64,000 nt of DNA, taken from IMG/VR virus record IMGVR_UViG_3300005077_000936, positions 28,727-92,726 of that record; one strand, given 5' to 3'. The position numbers and the translations under genes were made by a program. The stretch comes from a virus. Under the pieces are notes generated by a model. The model was not told the DNA's origin. It searched no databases and saw nothing but the letters and a program-made list of their open reading frames with translations. Shown one piece after another: positions 33,806 to 48,100 of this stretch. Numbering within the stretch: the first letter of the stretch is position 1; the number at the start of each line of letters is the position of its first letter.

Positions 33806-36800
33806 CTATTTAAGTTCGGGTATTACCTCTACATTCTTCAGATTCATAAGTTTTTCATCCAGCTTTTTATTCTCCTCTTCGTAGAAATCCATTATTTCAT
33901 CAGCAGAAGGAGGAGCAAGACCCATTTCTTCATATGCTTTCTTCAGTGCATTGTAGGTAGGAATAACATCATCTACTTCTGAATCAGCCATACTTTTTAT
34001 TTCATCAATAATTAATCTCTTTGTTCTTCTTTCAAGCTTTCCTTCACTTAGTTCTTCACCCCTTGCTTCAGCATCTTCTTTCACTGCTTGCTTCATGCTT
34101 TCATACATCTCAGGAGTGATTTCACTAAGCATTTCTGTTAGTCTCATTCCTCTGTATTCTGTTCTCATAGGAGTAACAAATTGTTCTATCTCTTTATCTG
34201 TCCCATAAAGAAATATCTTATCAAAGTCATTTGGAAAATTTACTTTTTCCATTAAGCCTTCAAATCCATAAACTGGTCTGATAGCAGAAGGAAGAAGCTT
34301 ATGCATCTTATTTTTGAATCTTGACTCTCCTGCTTTTGGTCCTGTTGTAATTATATCTTCAGGAGTTCCTTTTTTACCCCATGCTTTAACAAGTTCAAGT
34401 CCATTTGAAAATGTTCTTTCTACAGTAGGTTCACCTAAATTTCTATCCCACAATGCTTTTGGATTCATTAGCATAGTAACATCATCAATAGATCTTTTGA
34501 GAAGATTTATTATAAGATTGAGCCATTTTTTTTCATCATCGTCATCTTTTCCACTCAATATTGCCATTGCTATAGCCTTAGCAACAAGAAGGTTAAGTAT
34601 TACTGCCATCTCTGCGTTATTGGCTTTCATTCCCTGAATATCAATCTTTCTTACTCTATGAGTATTATCAAGATATTTTTGTATCCAACCAAGCTTTGCA
34701 TCCTTTACTAATGATCTTCCTGAGAACATTGCATACATTGCTTTAGGCATAAGAAGACCTGATGTAATGGCAATATGGGACATATTAATAAGTATCTCTT
34801 TCAACATGTTAATTTCATGCTGATCAGATACCTGCATGAGTTCTTGTGCTGTATCAGAAAGAGCCTGATCTACTTCTTCTCTTATTCTTGCATCATATTC
34901 TTCTGCTATTGTATTATTTCTACTTGACTTCATTCCCATTATTCTCCCAAAAGCAACACCTATTGCCAGACCAAAGGGAATAATCATGGGAATCATTATT
35001 CCTGCCACAGGAACCATTAAGGGCCCCATTACAGCACCCCCTACAATAGTAGCAGCAACAGTTGCAGTAGCCTTATTATGACTTCTTTTTATTCCCTTGG
35101 TTCTTATTCCCTGCTCTGCATCACTTTGTTCAACACCATAGTTGTAGGATACATATCTTGGAAGCCATCTCTTAAACATCATCATTGCTTTATACCATAT
35201 TTTATGGCTATGCACTGATGAACCAAACTCGGTATAATCTCCAGCTGTATCCTTAATATTATTATCAACAATGGTCTTAAAGGTTGCAAACTCCTTGCTT
35301 GATGTTTCAACCCATGTTTTTCTGTTCTGTTCCGTGTTAAATGCAGGAAGAAGATTGCCATTCTCATCCATTGCATCAAATACATTGGATGTTACTTTAT
35401 TTCCTGATTCATCAATCCCTTCAATCTGGTACTCCATTAGCATACAACCAAGAATAGGAGCTTGATTCAGATATTCTGTTCTCTGCATTATCCAGTACTC
35501 TGAAACACTTGTAGCAAGCTTAATGGCACTGTTCTGACTTGCCTTGTAGATTTCATTGGATGAATCCTGAAATACTTTATATCTTCTCATTAGAATGGCA
35601 AGCTTCTTTGCATTCTTTGTTACTCTTGTAGGAATCCTTGATGCAAGTCCACCACTCCATAATTTAAGAGTTGAACCTTTCATCACTACTGATTCTGCTC
35701 TCCAATAACTGTCTTCAGTAATATACTTAAGCCTTCCTGAAGCAGCTTTAGTATAGTTACTCATTCTTCCCTGAATAATATTTCCTATCCCTGCTACAAC
35801 ATTTATGGCAAGCCCAATTAATCTTGTAGTGTCAAGAATTCTTTCTGCAAGTGCACTTGCTGCAAAGTTTTCTCCTATATGATTCTGAATGGCTATAAGT
35901 TCATTGATATTATCTTCATTAGGATTTTCCTGATTTCTCTCTTCTTCAATAAGTTTCTGAATCTCATTATGAAGAAGTTTTTCATCATGGGTAAGTGAAG
36001 ATAGGGTAATGTCTTTTTTCAGAAGTCTTGATCTTCTTAACCAGTCAGCTTTCCAAACAGTGAGTATTTTTTCCTTCTTTACTCCAAATGTATCATTGGG
36101 AAGGTCATTGATAAAAGCTTTATTGTAGAGCTTTTCAACATGCATTGCAGCAAGGTGTCTTTCTCCTGCATTGATTTTTTTTCTGAATTTCTGTTCTATT
36201 TGCTTTTCTTCTTCTTTTGTGAGTTTTCTCTGAAGTTTTATTTCTTCCCATTCCTTTGCTTCCTTTATATCCTTATTATGTCTTCCTCCTACAATACCTC
36301 TGTATATGAACTCTCCCATTGAATTCTTTTTAGCTCTCTGTACCTTCTTATATTCATCCTTCATAGTGTCTATATAAGGCTGAATAGCAATTCTTGCTGC
36401 ATACTCCATAGAATGTGCAGAATAAAGCCTGAGCAGTTTAATGAGATTAAAAGACTGATCATGGACAACATGAGAAGTACAATATCTTTGCAATATTCTC
36501 CCTATAGGAACTTGATTGGCATATGAACCAAGTACTTTCTTTATTTCTGTGTCTGATGGTTCACATTCAAGCCACTTAGCAAGAAGTATCTTTGAATCAT
36601 GAGTAAGAAGGTCATAAGAAATAACTGCCTTTCTTGTTAATCTCTTTGCACCTGTTCTTTGTGAAGGATTTTCTTTATCCTTCTGTCTGAATTTTTCTCT
36701 TACCCTATCAGGAAGGGTATTAAGGAATTTCTGTGATTCTACAACAAATAATGTTTTGATATCATTTGATACAGTAGATGTATTGCTTACCACTTCCTGT

Positions 36801-39109
36801 TCCCCCTCTCCTGTAACAGGATCAATTATTCCACGCAATGTTTCACCGGGAAGTTTTTGAGTAACCAGATGCTTTATTTTACCAACCATATATCTATAAG
36901 CAGGGGATATTCTTTTTAATCCTTCTACTTTAGGGTCAAGAAGTAACTCAAGAAGAACTTTCTGTTGCTGTGGAAGTGTTCTCCCCCAAAGTTCCTTTTG
37001 AACAGAAGGAGGATATACATTTTTACATGTATCAAGAATCTCTGTCATAAGATTATAGAACTCCTTTAGTATGGGATTTTTTTCTATAAGCTCATAAGTC
37101 TTGTCATAATATCCTGTCTCTTCCTGAGTTTCCTTATATAATACTTCTCCAAAAGCATTCTTTCCTACTGTTATACCTTCTGTTGTATCAATTTTAAATC
37201 TTCTTGCCACAAAAAGATTATAATGAGTAAGATTAGGAAATATAGCTGATTCACCTTCATGAAGTTTATAGGTGATATCTTTTACAAATGCAGCAGCACC
37301 AAGAAAAGGATTATTTCTGGCAGTAAATACTTTTATTTCTCTTATTGCTTTAGGGCTTAGATCTTTAATATCAGTAACTCCTGCTTTACGAAGATGAAAG
37401 TCTACAAGTCTTCTATAGTCGGCAGCATAGTTCTTTATCATTATCCTCTGTGATTCGATAAATTCTTCTACTGCTTCTCTTGAACCAAGATGCTTTTCAA
37501 GCTCCTTCTCATGCTCACCCCCATCATCAATAAAGTATTCCTTATATTCAGCAAAATCAGGATCAGACATTATAGAAACTATCTTCCTTGGGTCAACAAT
37601 TACCTGATTTTTTCTTTTCCATATATTTCTGGTTATGAATGCATCCCTATAAAGCTTATTGGGTGTCTGACTATCCTTTGCTTTTTCTATATCAGCAAGA
37701 AACTTGTCATTGGTTCTACGAAGCTCATCTTCATATTCTGCTGATTCTCTGGTAACAATTCTTTCTGTAGATTTTCCATTACTCCACTTCTGCCTGAACA
37801 TATCATAGGATGCACCAAGTCTTATTATACCAAAGATATTAAGTCCATATCCCATCTTCCTTAATTCCTTCTCCAGCTTTGGCTGAATACCAAGAAGTTT
37901 CTCTTCCCATTGAATTGCTTTTGATTTATATTCATCAATAGTTTGTTCAAGAAGCATCTTCATTACCTGAAGTATAGGATGTGCTTCTGTGAATGCAAAA
38001 TGAACACCATCAGAGGTAAAGTAATCCCAAAAACTTAAGTCGTCAATATGCTCCTTGAACATTGCTTCATAGTTAAGCTTTGATCCAAAGAGCTTCTTTA
38101 CCTCTTCATTTTTGTTTAATATTTCTAACAGCTTGGTATGTTTTTTATCAGTAAGTTCTGTTCTCCATTGCTTTATCTCATTATGAATAGAGTCAATATA
38201 TTTTATTATTTCTGGATTCTGAAGCTCTGCTCTACTAAGAATAATATGTTCTTCATGCTCAGGGATAAATCTATTAATAAAAGCAGTAAAGAAATTGAGA
38301 ATTTTCTCTGCCTCAGCAATGCTGTCCATATCATCCCTTTTCATGATATCTTCAAGCCTCCTCTTATCAGAGGCAATGAACCTTGCTATCTCAACAGCAC
38401 TATTAGCTTTTTCAATGAATTTTATTTCACCCCTGAGTCCAACATTATAGTTTTTGTTTCTTTCATTAAGATCCTGTGAACCATTAAGTCTCAGTTCTAT
38501 TTCTTTCTTCAAAGCAAGCTGTTTATCATACTTTGGATCATAGGAAGGAGTATTAGCCAGCTCAGTATCAATAATGGCAAGCTGTTTCTCAAGTCTTCTG
38601 ATAAGAGACTTCTTATACTCTATATAATCATTGTAGTTTGTTTTTTCCAATGGATCAAGGGATTCCATTGCCTGATCAGCTTCTATAAGAATACTTGCAT
38701 GTTCATATATCTGCTCTTCTGTTATCTCACCTGACTTAGCTGCAACCCTTTCTATATCCCTGAGTACCATGCCATCTATTGTAGCATTGTTGCCTGATAT
38801 CCTAATAAGGTTTTCTTCAATCCCATACCTGTTCTTTAGCATACGATTATACTCCATTATACCCTGAATGGCATAAGGAGTATTATTAATCCCCCATTTT
38901 CTATGGCCCATTGGCACTCTTAACCCATACTTATTTCTCTTATTCAGCAATCCTTTTTCTCTCAAATCTGCTATTACCTGTTCCCTTGTAACAGGTTGAA
39001 GAGAAAATCTCTGACTATAAGATGTCAGTTCTCTCTCTGCTTTTTCCAAATAGTCAAGAAGCTGATCTTCAGTAAGATTATATCCATTGATATTGTACTT
39101 GCATCTCAT
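33806..39109 (-). CDS. large virion cargo/ejection protein with C-terminal hydrophobic segments
   Basis: 1,767 aa, helical; MMFKRWLP motif and a TM-like stretch TVAATIVGGAVMGPLMVPVAGIMIPMIIPFGLAIGVAF; adjacent to the vRNAP. Confidence 0.7.
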   Translation of the reverse strand: MRCKYNINGYNLTEDQLLDYLEKAERELTSYSQRFSLQPVTREQVIADLREKGLLNKRNKYGLRVPMGHRKWGINNTPYAIQGIMEYNRMLKNRYGIEENLIRISGNNATIDGMVLRDIERVAAKSGEITEEQIYEHASILIEADQAMESLDPLEKTNYNDYIEYKKSLIRRLEKQLAIIDTELANTPSYDPKYDKQLALKKEIELRLNGSQDLNERNKNYNVGLRGEIKFIEKANSAVEIARFIASDKRRLEDIMKRDDMDSIAEAEKILNFFTAFINRFIPEHEEHIILSRAELQNPEIIKYIDSIHNEIKQWRTELTDKKHTKLLEILNKNEEVKKLFGSKLNYEAMFKEHIDDLSFWDYFTSDGVHFAFTEAHPILQVMKMLLEQTIDEYKSKAIQWEEKLLGIQPKLEKELRKMGYGLNIFGIIRLGASYDMFRQKWSNGKSTERIVTRESAEYEDELRRTNDKFLADIEKAKDSQTPNKLYRDAFITRNIWKRKNQVIVDPRKIVSIMSDPDFAEYKEYFIDDGGEHEKELEKHLGSREAVEEFIESQRIMIKNYAADYRRLVDFHLRKAGVTDIKDLSPKAIREIKVFTARNNPFLGAAAFVKDITYKLHEGESAIFPNLTHYNLFVARRFKIDTTEGITVGKNAFGEVLYKETQEETGYYDKTYELIEKNPILKEFYNLMTEILDTCKNVYPPSVQKELWGRTLPQQQKVLLELLLDPKVEGLKRISPAYRYMVGKIKHLVTQKLPGETLRGIIDPVTGEGEQEVVSNTSTVSNDIKTLFVVESQKFLNTLPDRVREKFRQKDKENPSQRTGAKRLTRKAVISYDLLTHDSKILLAKWLECEPSDTEIKKVLGSYANQVPIGRILQRYCTSHVVHDQSFNLIKLLRLYSAHSMEYAARIAIQPYIDTMKDEYKKVQRAKKNSMGEFIYRGIVGGRHNKDIKEAKEWEEIKLQRKLTKEEEKQIEQKFRKKINAGERHLAAMHVEKLYNKAFINDLPNDTFGVKKEKILTVWKADWLRRSRLLKKDITLSSLTHDEKLLHNEIQKLIEEERNQENPNEDNINELIAIQNHIGENFAASALAERILDTTRLIGLAINVVAGIGNIIQGRMSNYTKAASGRLKYITEDSYWRAESVVMKGSTLKLWSGGLASRIPTRVTKNAKKLAILMRRYKVFQDSSNEIYKASQNSAIKLATSVSEYWIMQRTEYLNQAPILGCMLMEYQIEGIDESGNKVTSNVFDAMDENGNLLPAFNTEQNRKTWVETSSKEFATFKTIVDNNIKDTAGDYTEFGSSVHSHKIWYKAMMMFKRWLPRYVSYNYGVEQSDAEQGIRTKGIKRSHNKATATVAATIVGGAVMGPLMVPVAGIMIPMIIPFGLAIGVAFGRIMGMKSSRNNTIAEEYDARIREEVDQALSDTAQELMQVSDQHEINMLKEILINMSHIAITSGLLMPKAMYAMFSGRSLVKDAKLGWIQKYLDNTHRVRKIDIQGMKANNAEMAVILNLLVAKAIAMAILSGKDDDDEKKWLNLIINLLKRSIDDVTMLMNPKALWDRNLGEPTVERTFSNGLELVKAWGKKGTPEDIITTGPKAGESRFKNKMHKLLPSAIRPVYGFEGLMEKVNFPNDFDKIFLYGTDKEIEQFVTPMRTEYRGMRLTEMLSEITPEMYESMKQAVKEDAEARGEELSEGKLERRTKRLIIDEIKSMADSEVDDVIPTYNALKKAYEEMGLAPPSADEIMDFYEEENKKLDEKLMNLKNVEVIPELK

Positions 39110-39112
39110 GGG

Positions 39113-42100
39113 TTAGCACTTAATGGTTATTATTCCCTTTTCTACAAGTGAAGAAACTACACTTGATAGTTTTTCAAAGTTACGAACTTTTTCTAATGGA
39201 TCCTGAGATGGTGGTGGAAGAGGATTGTTAAAGAATTCTTCCCCAAGAGTTTCACTGTCTATATCTATATCAGGATGTGCTGTTTCTTCTTCTCCTGTTA
39301 TTCCAATACCAAGGTCATCAATAAGTGCATTTGCTTTATTAATTGTCTGCTGATTAAGTTCTTCATTGGATGTATATTCAACATCCCCCACGTTTTCTAT
39401 GAGCTCAAATATATTTGCTATGGTATTGACTGTAATGGAGTCTTTTGAGTAGTCAAGTCCTGTGAGATCCATTATTTCATGAAGCATATCCTTTATTACT
39501 CCCCAAAATCTTTCAAGTAATGTGGTATCACTTGACTTATAGGTATGCTGAGCCATTTCCTTTTGGAAAGAAGGAGATGTCATCATCCTCTCAACAAATT
39601 CACGGATATTGTATCCTCCATAAATAATTTCTATTTCTCTTCCTGACTCCAGTGCAACATGGGGGTCTCTTTGTTTTTTCCTTATTAACTGGCTAAGCTC
39701 TCCATTAACATCAAGCTTTTCTCTTGCTTGAAGGAACAGGTCAACAATATTCCTTATATACTGTGGTGCTTCAGGTTTGAGAACAAGCTTTCTTTCTCCT
39801 GTAGGAAGAACATTCTCTGATGTATATTTTATTAAAACATCATCAGCAATGGAATGTATAACTTCCCTCATTATGACAGTAGCAATTTCCTCAGGATTCT
39901 TACTATTTAATACCACAGATGGATTGATAGTTATACCATCACCTTTTACATATCTTCCTTTGGAAGGAATTGCTTTAATACTGAACTTTACCTTTGGAGT
40001 GATAAGAAATAGCTTCTTGGCAAGTCTCCCCATTGGAGAATCCATTTTTGCTATATTGTCAACAATCTTTGTTATATCTCCTGAGAGAAGATCAAACTTA
40101 TCATCAGGAATAGACAATTCCCTTTTTTCCACAGGGGCAGTATAATCTTCATTGGTAACAGAAGAAAAGGATGGGTACACTATTTTAGTCTGATTTACAA
40201 GGCTTGTCATACGAGAACCTGTTGAATATTCTGACATTCCAAATGTTCCAAGTACAGGGATTCTTACATAGCACTCTTCTTTGGCATCATATATATAAAG
40301 CTGGAACTTATTCTGTCCTTTTGGAAGCTTATCATTATAAATAGAGAGAAACATTTCATCACTATCATACTGAAACTTCATCAATGAATTGAGATTATTT
40401 ACCACTATCTGATTATCATTGATAGCAGGACTCACTGACTTAAATGTGAAGTTTTCAGGATTGGAAGCAAGTATATCTTCTACAGTAAGTCTCTTTACCT
40501 GAGAAGGATGATGCTGTACAAACTGCATCCCAAAAGTACTTACTTCATTGTCCCTTACACCAAGAACATCCCTTTCTACAAATGATCTTCCATTTTCTCC
40601 TGTTATATTATTAATTCCCAATATTTTGAGATAAGCAACAGGAATATATTTAATGAATTCTATTGCTTCCTGTACAGCACTTCCCATATATTCATAGAGT
40701 ACAAGATCCTGTGCAAGTTGAAGGGTGGAGTATGGCTTCTTATTAAAGTTGGGCAATGGAATATTAGCTTCTATCATTTCTATGATAGAGTTATACAGAT
40801 ACTCTTCGTCAAAATTCTCAGCAGAAGAGTTATCAAACTGTATCAGAGATGCTTCTCCATTAGTGTTTACAACAAATTTAAGCCTTTGAAGAAGCCTGTT
40901 CTGTTTTATAAAATCATCAAGCTCAGGAGTCCTGTTTTTAGGGTTCATCAATACATCTCTCATATAAGATGCAAGAGACCTTTTGGTTATATTTGTTGTC
41001 TTTACTATCTTTCCATCTACTTCTGACCTTATACTTTCTGTTTCATCAATATATAACCTGTATCTTTCCTGTCTTGGAGTGAGAGTAGCCATACCTATAT
41101 AGTTATCAGTATACAGGTACTTCTTCATTTCATTTATTATCTCCTGCTTTATCTCAACTTTCTTTGTTTCACTTATATCACCAGATGATGTGTACTGTTT
41201 TATCTCTTCCATAACTGCTCTTACATCACCAAATGTGTAAGGAAAGTATGGGCCCCATATTCCTTTTGCAGAAGAGAGTCCTTGTATGGTAAAATTACCT
41301 GCTATAGTAGTAGGCTTTATAAGAAGCTTCTCTGGTACTCCTCTCCCTTGAGGATCAGGATAGCTGTCAATTACTATAAATCCTTCCCTCATTTTAGCAA
41401 GTACTTCATTACTATTGAGCTTTGCAGTGGTTCTGTAATATTCACCTATAAGCTTATCAGCATTTCTTACCAATGCATTTTCAGGAAGATTTTTTACAGT
41501 CTCAATCTTTTCAAGTACTTCAAGAAGATTCTTTCCTATACCTTTACTGTCAACATTAAGGGTTGTCTGAACATTGGTTATTTGCTTTGCATAATCAGCA
41601 AGCTTATCAAATTTGAGAAGAACAGCAGACTGAAATGCCATATCAAGTTCATCTTCTTTTGCCCTTATTTGCTCTACCATATAATTTACAGTCATTTTAC
41701 TGTCATAGTCAGTAGCAGGATCAGGAGTTCCATATTTCTTGATCAGTTCTTCAATAACTTTTTTCCTCTTATTAGGGTCATATTCTGCAACATTAGAACT
41801 TTTCTCTTCCATCATCTTTACAAATTCCTTGATAATTGGCTGAGAAATAAACATGAAGGAGATACTTCTTTTTTCTCCTGAATCATTTTTACCTTCATAA
41901 TCCTGATCAAAGCCCAAGAAGTTAAGAACTTTATCAACAGGCATGGTATAGTTATTCAAATGTATCCTGATGGCAATCTGCTCAGATTCATTATCTACCA
42001 TAAGATTCTGTCTCTCAGAATGTAGTTCTGCAATATCTCTTTCTCCATCCTTTCCATTCTTTCCAAGAGTCTTTATTCTTCCAAGCTCTCCTGTAGATTC

Positions 42101-45100
42101 AAAACTTCCAAATTTTACAGTAAAAGGTATCTCTTCCCCCTCAGGAGTCTTATCTCTCAATGATATGACATTGCCAAGATTAGCAGATTGCTCAAACAAA
42201 GAGTGGCTTACAACATCAAGAGAATAAGCAGCAGTTCCATTCTTTCCTATTGCTCCTGCTATTACCTTTCCTCTTTGATACATATCAGAAACAGGAGTAA
42301 AATACATATCTTCATTCTTCTCTTTCTCTATCTCCTCAAGAAATTCAGCATCTTTTCTTGCTTCTTCAACAGTTACCTTCTGAAGCATCTTCTTCTGAAC
42401 TTCAGGATGTGAGAATACAGAAAGATGAATAGATATAATATCATTCTGTATGAGCTTTATTTTTACCTTTTTAAGCTCATTGATTTCTTTGGTTATTCTT
42501 CCAAGCCTTTCACCTATTTCTTCTACATTAAGCCTGTCAAGTTCCTTATTGATTTCCTGTATCCTAACATCATCATCAGTGATTGTTGTAATTGCTTCAT
42601 CAGACAAATCCATTTCATCAAGCAAACTATTCAGCTCTCTTGTAAGCTTTGAGTGTTTCTTGAGTGCTCTGCGAAGATACTGGCTATCCTTTCTCTTCTC
42701 AGCAATCATCTGATCTATTTTCTTTTCCCTGAGCTCAATATTCTCTGTGGTAAGACTTTCAATGGCAAAATCCTTTGACTTATTGAGAGGAATAATCTTT
42801 CCATTCTCTACTGTTGTCCAGTAATGATAAGTATATCTCTTATCAATATCATAGTCCTCACCTATGATTACTGTTCCATCCATAGATACTATCATAAGGT
42901 CAGCAGAGCCAACAGGAAGAAATCCTGCTATCTCTATCTTTTCCATAGATCCATGTTTTGATGTAGGAATTCTGAAAGAAGGAATACTGAGAAGATTAGT
43001 GCTTATCTTATCTTCACGAAGAGTAAGTCTTCCAGTGGAAGGATCCCTGTAACTATATTCATCACTTGTGATATCAATTAACTTTCCATCTACCCTTATT
43101 TTACAAGGAATAAATACCTGATTTCCTTTTAGTTCCCCAACAGAATGATCAAAGTTGCTTGTATAGACAACCTGATCCATTGACACTTCTGCATCACTAA
43201 TATCATAACTAAGCTTAAACCCATTCTCTGAACCTATTACATAGGAATAACCGGGATATTTTATCTTAACTATCCTATGGGATATAATAGAGTTAAGCAG
43301 TGCTTCATACCTGTTTGAGTTGGGAGATAACCAAAGAGGAAGGTTAAAGTTTCCTGTCTCAGGATCTATTCCAAGTGCATCAATATCTTGCTTTGGGTAT
43401 CCCCTTTCCAAAGCTTCTTCCTTGAGAATATTAGAGAGTCTCTGCATTACTGCTTTCTTTCCTCCCCTTTCAGCTATAGGATCACCTGTTTTTGGATCAA
43501 TTCCTATCTCATTATAGAGCTGGAGACGAAGAGAGGTAATCATAGAAGAATGAAGATGGGTAAACATCTGCTGAAGTCCTCTTCCATTAAAAGAAGTTCC
43601 ATCAACATCAAATCCATCAAGATTCATAACACCATTACCAAAAGCAAGCTTGGTAGTTTGTGTACCCATTGATGATGTATCTTCATTCTTATACGCTGAC
43701 TTATAGGGAATATTCTGCTGAATTCTGAAGTCAGACCTGTTAAGAACAAGAGAGTTTGACCTCATTGTATCAGCATCAAATTCTATAAAATTTCCCCTGC
43801 TGTCAGATATGGAGAGAGGATTTTCCAATCCACCTACTTTATTGCCACTCTGATAAGATGCTCTTACTGTCATTCCCCTTCCATCATTCTCAAGAGCTTC
43901 CATTGACTTGCGAAGCTTATCAATTTCTTTTCCTGCTGTTAACTGTGGGATCAGAGGAAATGAGGATGTTTTGATATATACACTTCTCATGCAGTCATTT
44001 TCCTGATCTTCTATCTGTCCTGTATATACAGGCTTCATTGGCTGCATTACTTTCTGTACAAGAACTTTCTGCTTATCAGTAAGATCTTCCCAAGCAACTT
44101 CACTTGAAAATATCATAGCTGCCTGCTTTATATCATCTGCTGTAACATTATTAACAGCTTCAGGCATTTTCCCCATTTTCTCAAGAATATAGAGATGCTC
44201 TCTCCATGTTGTATATTCCTGAGCATTAGTAGCTTCAATACTGAAGAATTCTTTTGACTTGGGATATTTTGAAAGTATCTCTTCTACTGTTCCATTGTCT
44301 TCTATTGCAACAGCATTATGGTATCTCTCAATTTCTTCATCAGTAACTTCCTTTCCATCAAGAGCATATGTAATATATTTTATCCTATGAGATACTCTCT
44401 CTGTATCTGCCAAGAATACCTGATAGTATACAGATGAAGGAAGATCAGAATCAGCAATTTTATTTCCGGGTGCAATTTGGTTTGCAAGCCTTTTACCCAT
44501 ATAGGTAAAAGTATCCCTTACAGTTCCCACAAAGTCAGAAGGGTCTGTATTACGATTTCTTTTGTAATATAAAGCAGGGTCTCCTGTAAAGGTCATATAT
44601 GAATTATTATTGGAGACCATTGAATTTATTACATAGTCCAATGCTGCTATGTTCACAGCAGTATTTGTATTGGTTGACTTCTCTCTTAAGTATCTGTGGT
44701 CAATGAATTTTGTAGTAGTATACTTACGATTATCCATTCTGTTCTGGAATGATTCATCACTTTCCCCCTCTTCCCTCTTTATTTTTTCCTTAATGATGAA
44801 GCCCATCTTCTCCCATTCAACAAGCTTCTTCTGCTGTTCAGATACAAAGTACTTGTTTACTTCTTCCTTTATTAATTGCTTAACTGTCTTACCATTATCT
44901 GTTTTGAGATTTTCTATATCTCCAACATTATACTTTTCCATCATCTTGGAAAGTGATACCTTCCCCCCTTCAATATCAAAGGTCATTGAGTTAAGTGAAG
45001 GAATTGTATAGAATAACTTTGCTCCTACATCATATTTTCCTCCCTTATCATTCATTATACGAGAGGATTTATTTCTTTGATTGAAGCTTACTATTCTTTG

Positions 45101-48100
45101 CAGATCAGGAAGAACAAGCTGATCATAACCATACTCCAGTACAGCATCAAAATTGAGCATGTTCTTTTCCCTCAGATTAAGTACAAGTGTTTTGATTACT
45201 GTCATTGTACTTTTATCTGACATAGTAGGAGAGAACATTTTTGCAATCCTGAAGTCAAGCCCACCTTCATAGAAATTACAATCTACTGTTCCTTGTCCTG
45301 TAGGCATAAAGAAGCCAAGCTTCACAAGCTCATGATCAGGGTCAGCTAACTGCTGAAGACTATTATCCCTGTATAATTGCTTTCCAAGCTCTTTTATGGT
45401 AGTAATACCAAGATGGATTACTTCAAACTGATCTCTGAATTTGGCTTCCTGCTTCAACATTCTTAACCATAGTGACCTGTTGTTGTAACTTTTTGTCAAA
45501 AGCTGGTCAAGTACACGGCTTGTTGACTTTCCATCCCTTTGTTTTTTTAATGCATTCTCCCTGTCTGTTATATATTTTGTTGCAGTATAACCATAGAGAG
45601 TTTTCTTATTATCCCTGAATGAAGCAATGGTACTATGTGAAGTCCTCTTTGATTCCATTGAAGCAAGAGACTTGATTATAGTTTGACCAAGAACACCAGT
45701 TCCTTCTATTTCTTCATCATATCTTACTTTTCCATCTTTTGATGACTTAATTTGCTGATGAATATTGGCAACAGTCTTATACAGAGTACCAAGCAGTCCC
45801 GGTGTTCCTTCTCCCTTTCCCCTTTCTTCACCCTGAAACAGATTCTTTTGTCTTGGGCTACTGCTATCATACTTAAATCCTCTCTCAAGGATTTCTCCTA
45901 TAGTATCAAGAGAAACTGTGATTCCAAAGTTTTCAAGCCATGATTGTATAGCCTGTGCTTTTGGCATTGGCTCTCTGTACAGTTTTCCCTGTACTTGACC
46001 ATTTACTACAGAAAACTGATATATTTTTCCATTCCTTTTGGTTATAGCAACAGATGATTTTGAATCTGGAGAAGTGGTCAGCTCTTTTAATGCTCTTAAT
46101 CCAGCAGGTGTCATATTAAAGATAAGAGTATTGCTCTCCATATCTTTAAGTATTTCCTCTTCAGTAATAGGATCTTCCTTACTGCTATTCCTTTTCATAT
46201 AGTCAACAAACATATATGCAACCTCATCTCTGAGACCCACAGGAATACTTACAGGTATAGCTTTACTTTTAAGGTCATGATATTCTTGCATGATCCTTTC
46301 AAGTGATTCAATACTAAAGTAATATTCACCATCAACAGGATCAACTGTCATCATTCCTGATGACTTTATATTATTTCTCCACTGAGTAGTTATTGACTGA
46401 ACTACAGCAGAAGAGTTAGTACTATAGATATTAAGTACATATCTTCCTGACTTTGTCTTGGAATACATTACAAACTCCATACCCAGTGCATGTTTACACA
46501 TTGCACTCACAAATTCATTTTTCAGTGATTCTGATGAATCTTCAAGCTTTTCAAGAAGTCCTTTTATCCAAGGATACGCATGCTTAAAAAGCTCAAGGGT
46601 CTTTACCATTTCAGAGTAGCTTGCCCCTGTATCAGCAAGAATAGATAGTGTTGTATTTGAAACAACATCATATCCTACATATATGGGAAGATTAAAGATT
46701 CCCCTTCTGACTGCTCCATTAGTATTTACTTCTTCTATCCCCTGACAGAACCTTTTAATATCACTTGATACAGTGTCCTTTGCATTTATTTCTTCAGCAG
46801 TAAGAGTAAATCCTTTCTCTGTTTCAGTATTCTCCTCAATATATCTTTCTTCTCCTTCTGATTCATTATCAGCATCTTCATTATTTGCATAGTCCTGCTT
46901 TTTAAGATTCATGAATTTTTTCATCATCTTAAGTGCCTTCTCTTCAAAGTAGCTCCAGTTGTCATCAACAATCTGCAACTTTTCCTGCTGAATTTCCAAT
47001 CCTTCTATAACTTCCTGATCAACAAGGGAAGGATCAACTTGACGAAGTTCTTCATAACTTGCAAGAGTAGCACGGGTATTCTCTTTCATTGAGTTTACCA
47101 CAAGCTCATATTGTGCCCTGATTGCAGCAAGAAGCTCTTTTTCTGATATGGTAATATTCTTGGTACTACCTATGATTTTTGAAGCCTGATTGAATATGTA
47201 GTTTATTATCTGGTACTGATGATGAATAGGAAGCCCCTGTATACCATCAATACTAAGGATAAGTGTATTTATTTGTCCTTCAGTAAGTTCAAGAGGATCC
47301 TGTGATTCATTGGAATCTTCCTTCTTTTTAAATATCTTGGTGTACTTCAGAGCTTCCTTATCCTTTTCAATTTCTTCAATGATTTGCTGCTTTGTAAGCA
47401 TTCTTCCTTTGAAAGGGAATAGTTGCTCACCTTCTTTGGGTTGAGTGTCTCTTATCTCATTATTTACAGCTTCAGGAGCAAGATTCTGTATTGCTTCATC
47501 ATTGGTTGTTAATGGAGTCTGATCAGATATTTTATCAGCAACTTTTTTTGCTGTTGAAGGACTGACTTCTTTCTCAGATGTAGCTTTTGCTACTTCACTA
47601 TCAGTTACGCTGGGATTGTTAACAGGCTGAACTTCTATACGATACTGATAGTTTGTGGCATGGATTACTTTCTGAGTACCATTATCATTGATTGGTATCT
47701 CTATAGTCTTTAAGTTTGTTCTTCCATTATCACGAACATAATCATCATAGGATGAATAACTATTCTTTACTGCTCCATCTGCATCAAAAACAGGAACAGG
47801 AGAATTAGTAAGCATTGCACTAATGGATACATTGTTTATGTAGGTTGGAAGAATTGACCTGAAAAAGGATGCAAAATCTGCCTTAACATCTGCATTATCA
47901 GAGGGATGAATATACTTAAATGATTGTAGTGTTTTAGCTACTGCTTCCTCTACTGCTGGTCCATAAGATGACTTATCATTGGAATTTACAACAGGAGCAT
48001 AGATAGTTCCTGCTACAACATATCCATCCTGAACAAAGAGAACAGCCCTGCTTCCTGAATTTACTGTCATTGATCTTGCCATCATTGAGAGCATAGACTC

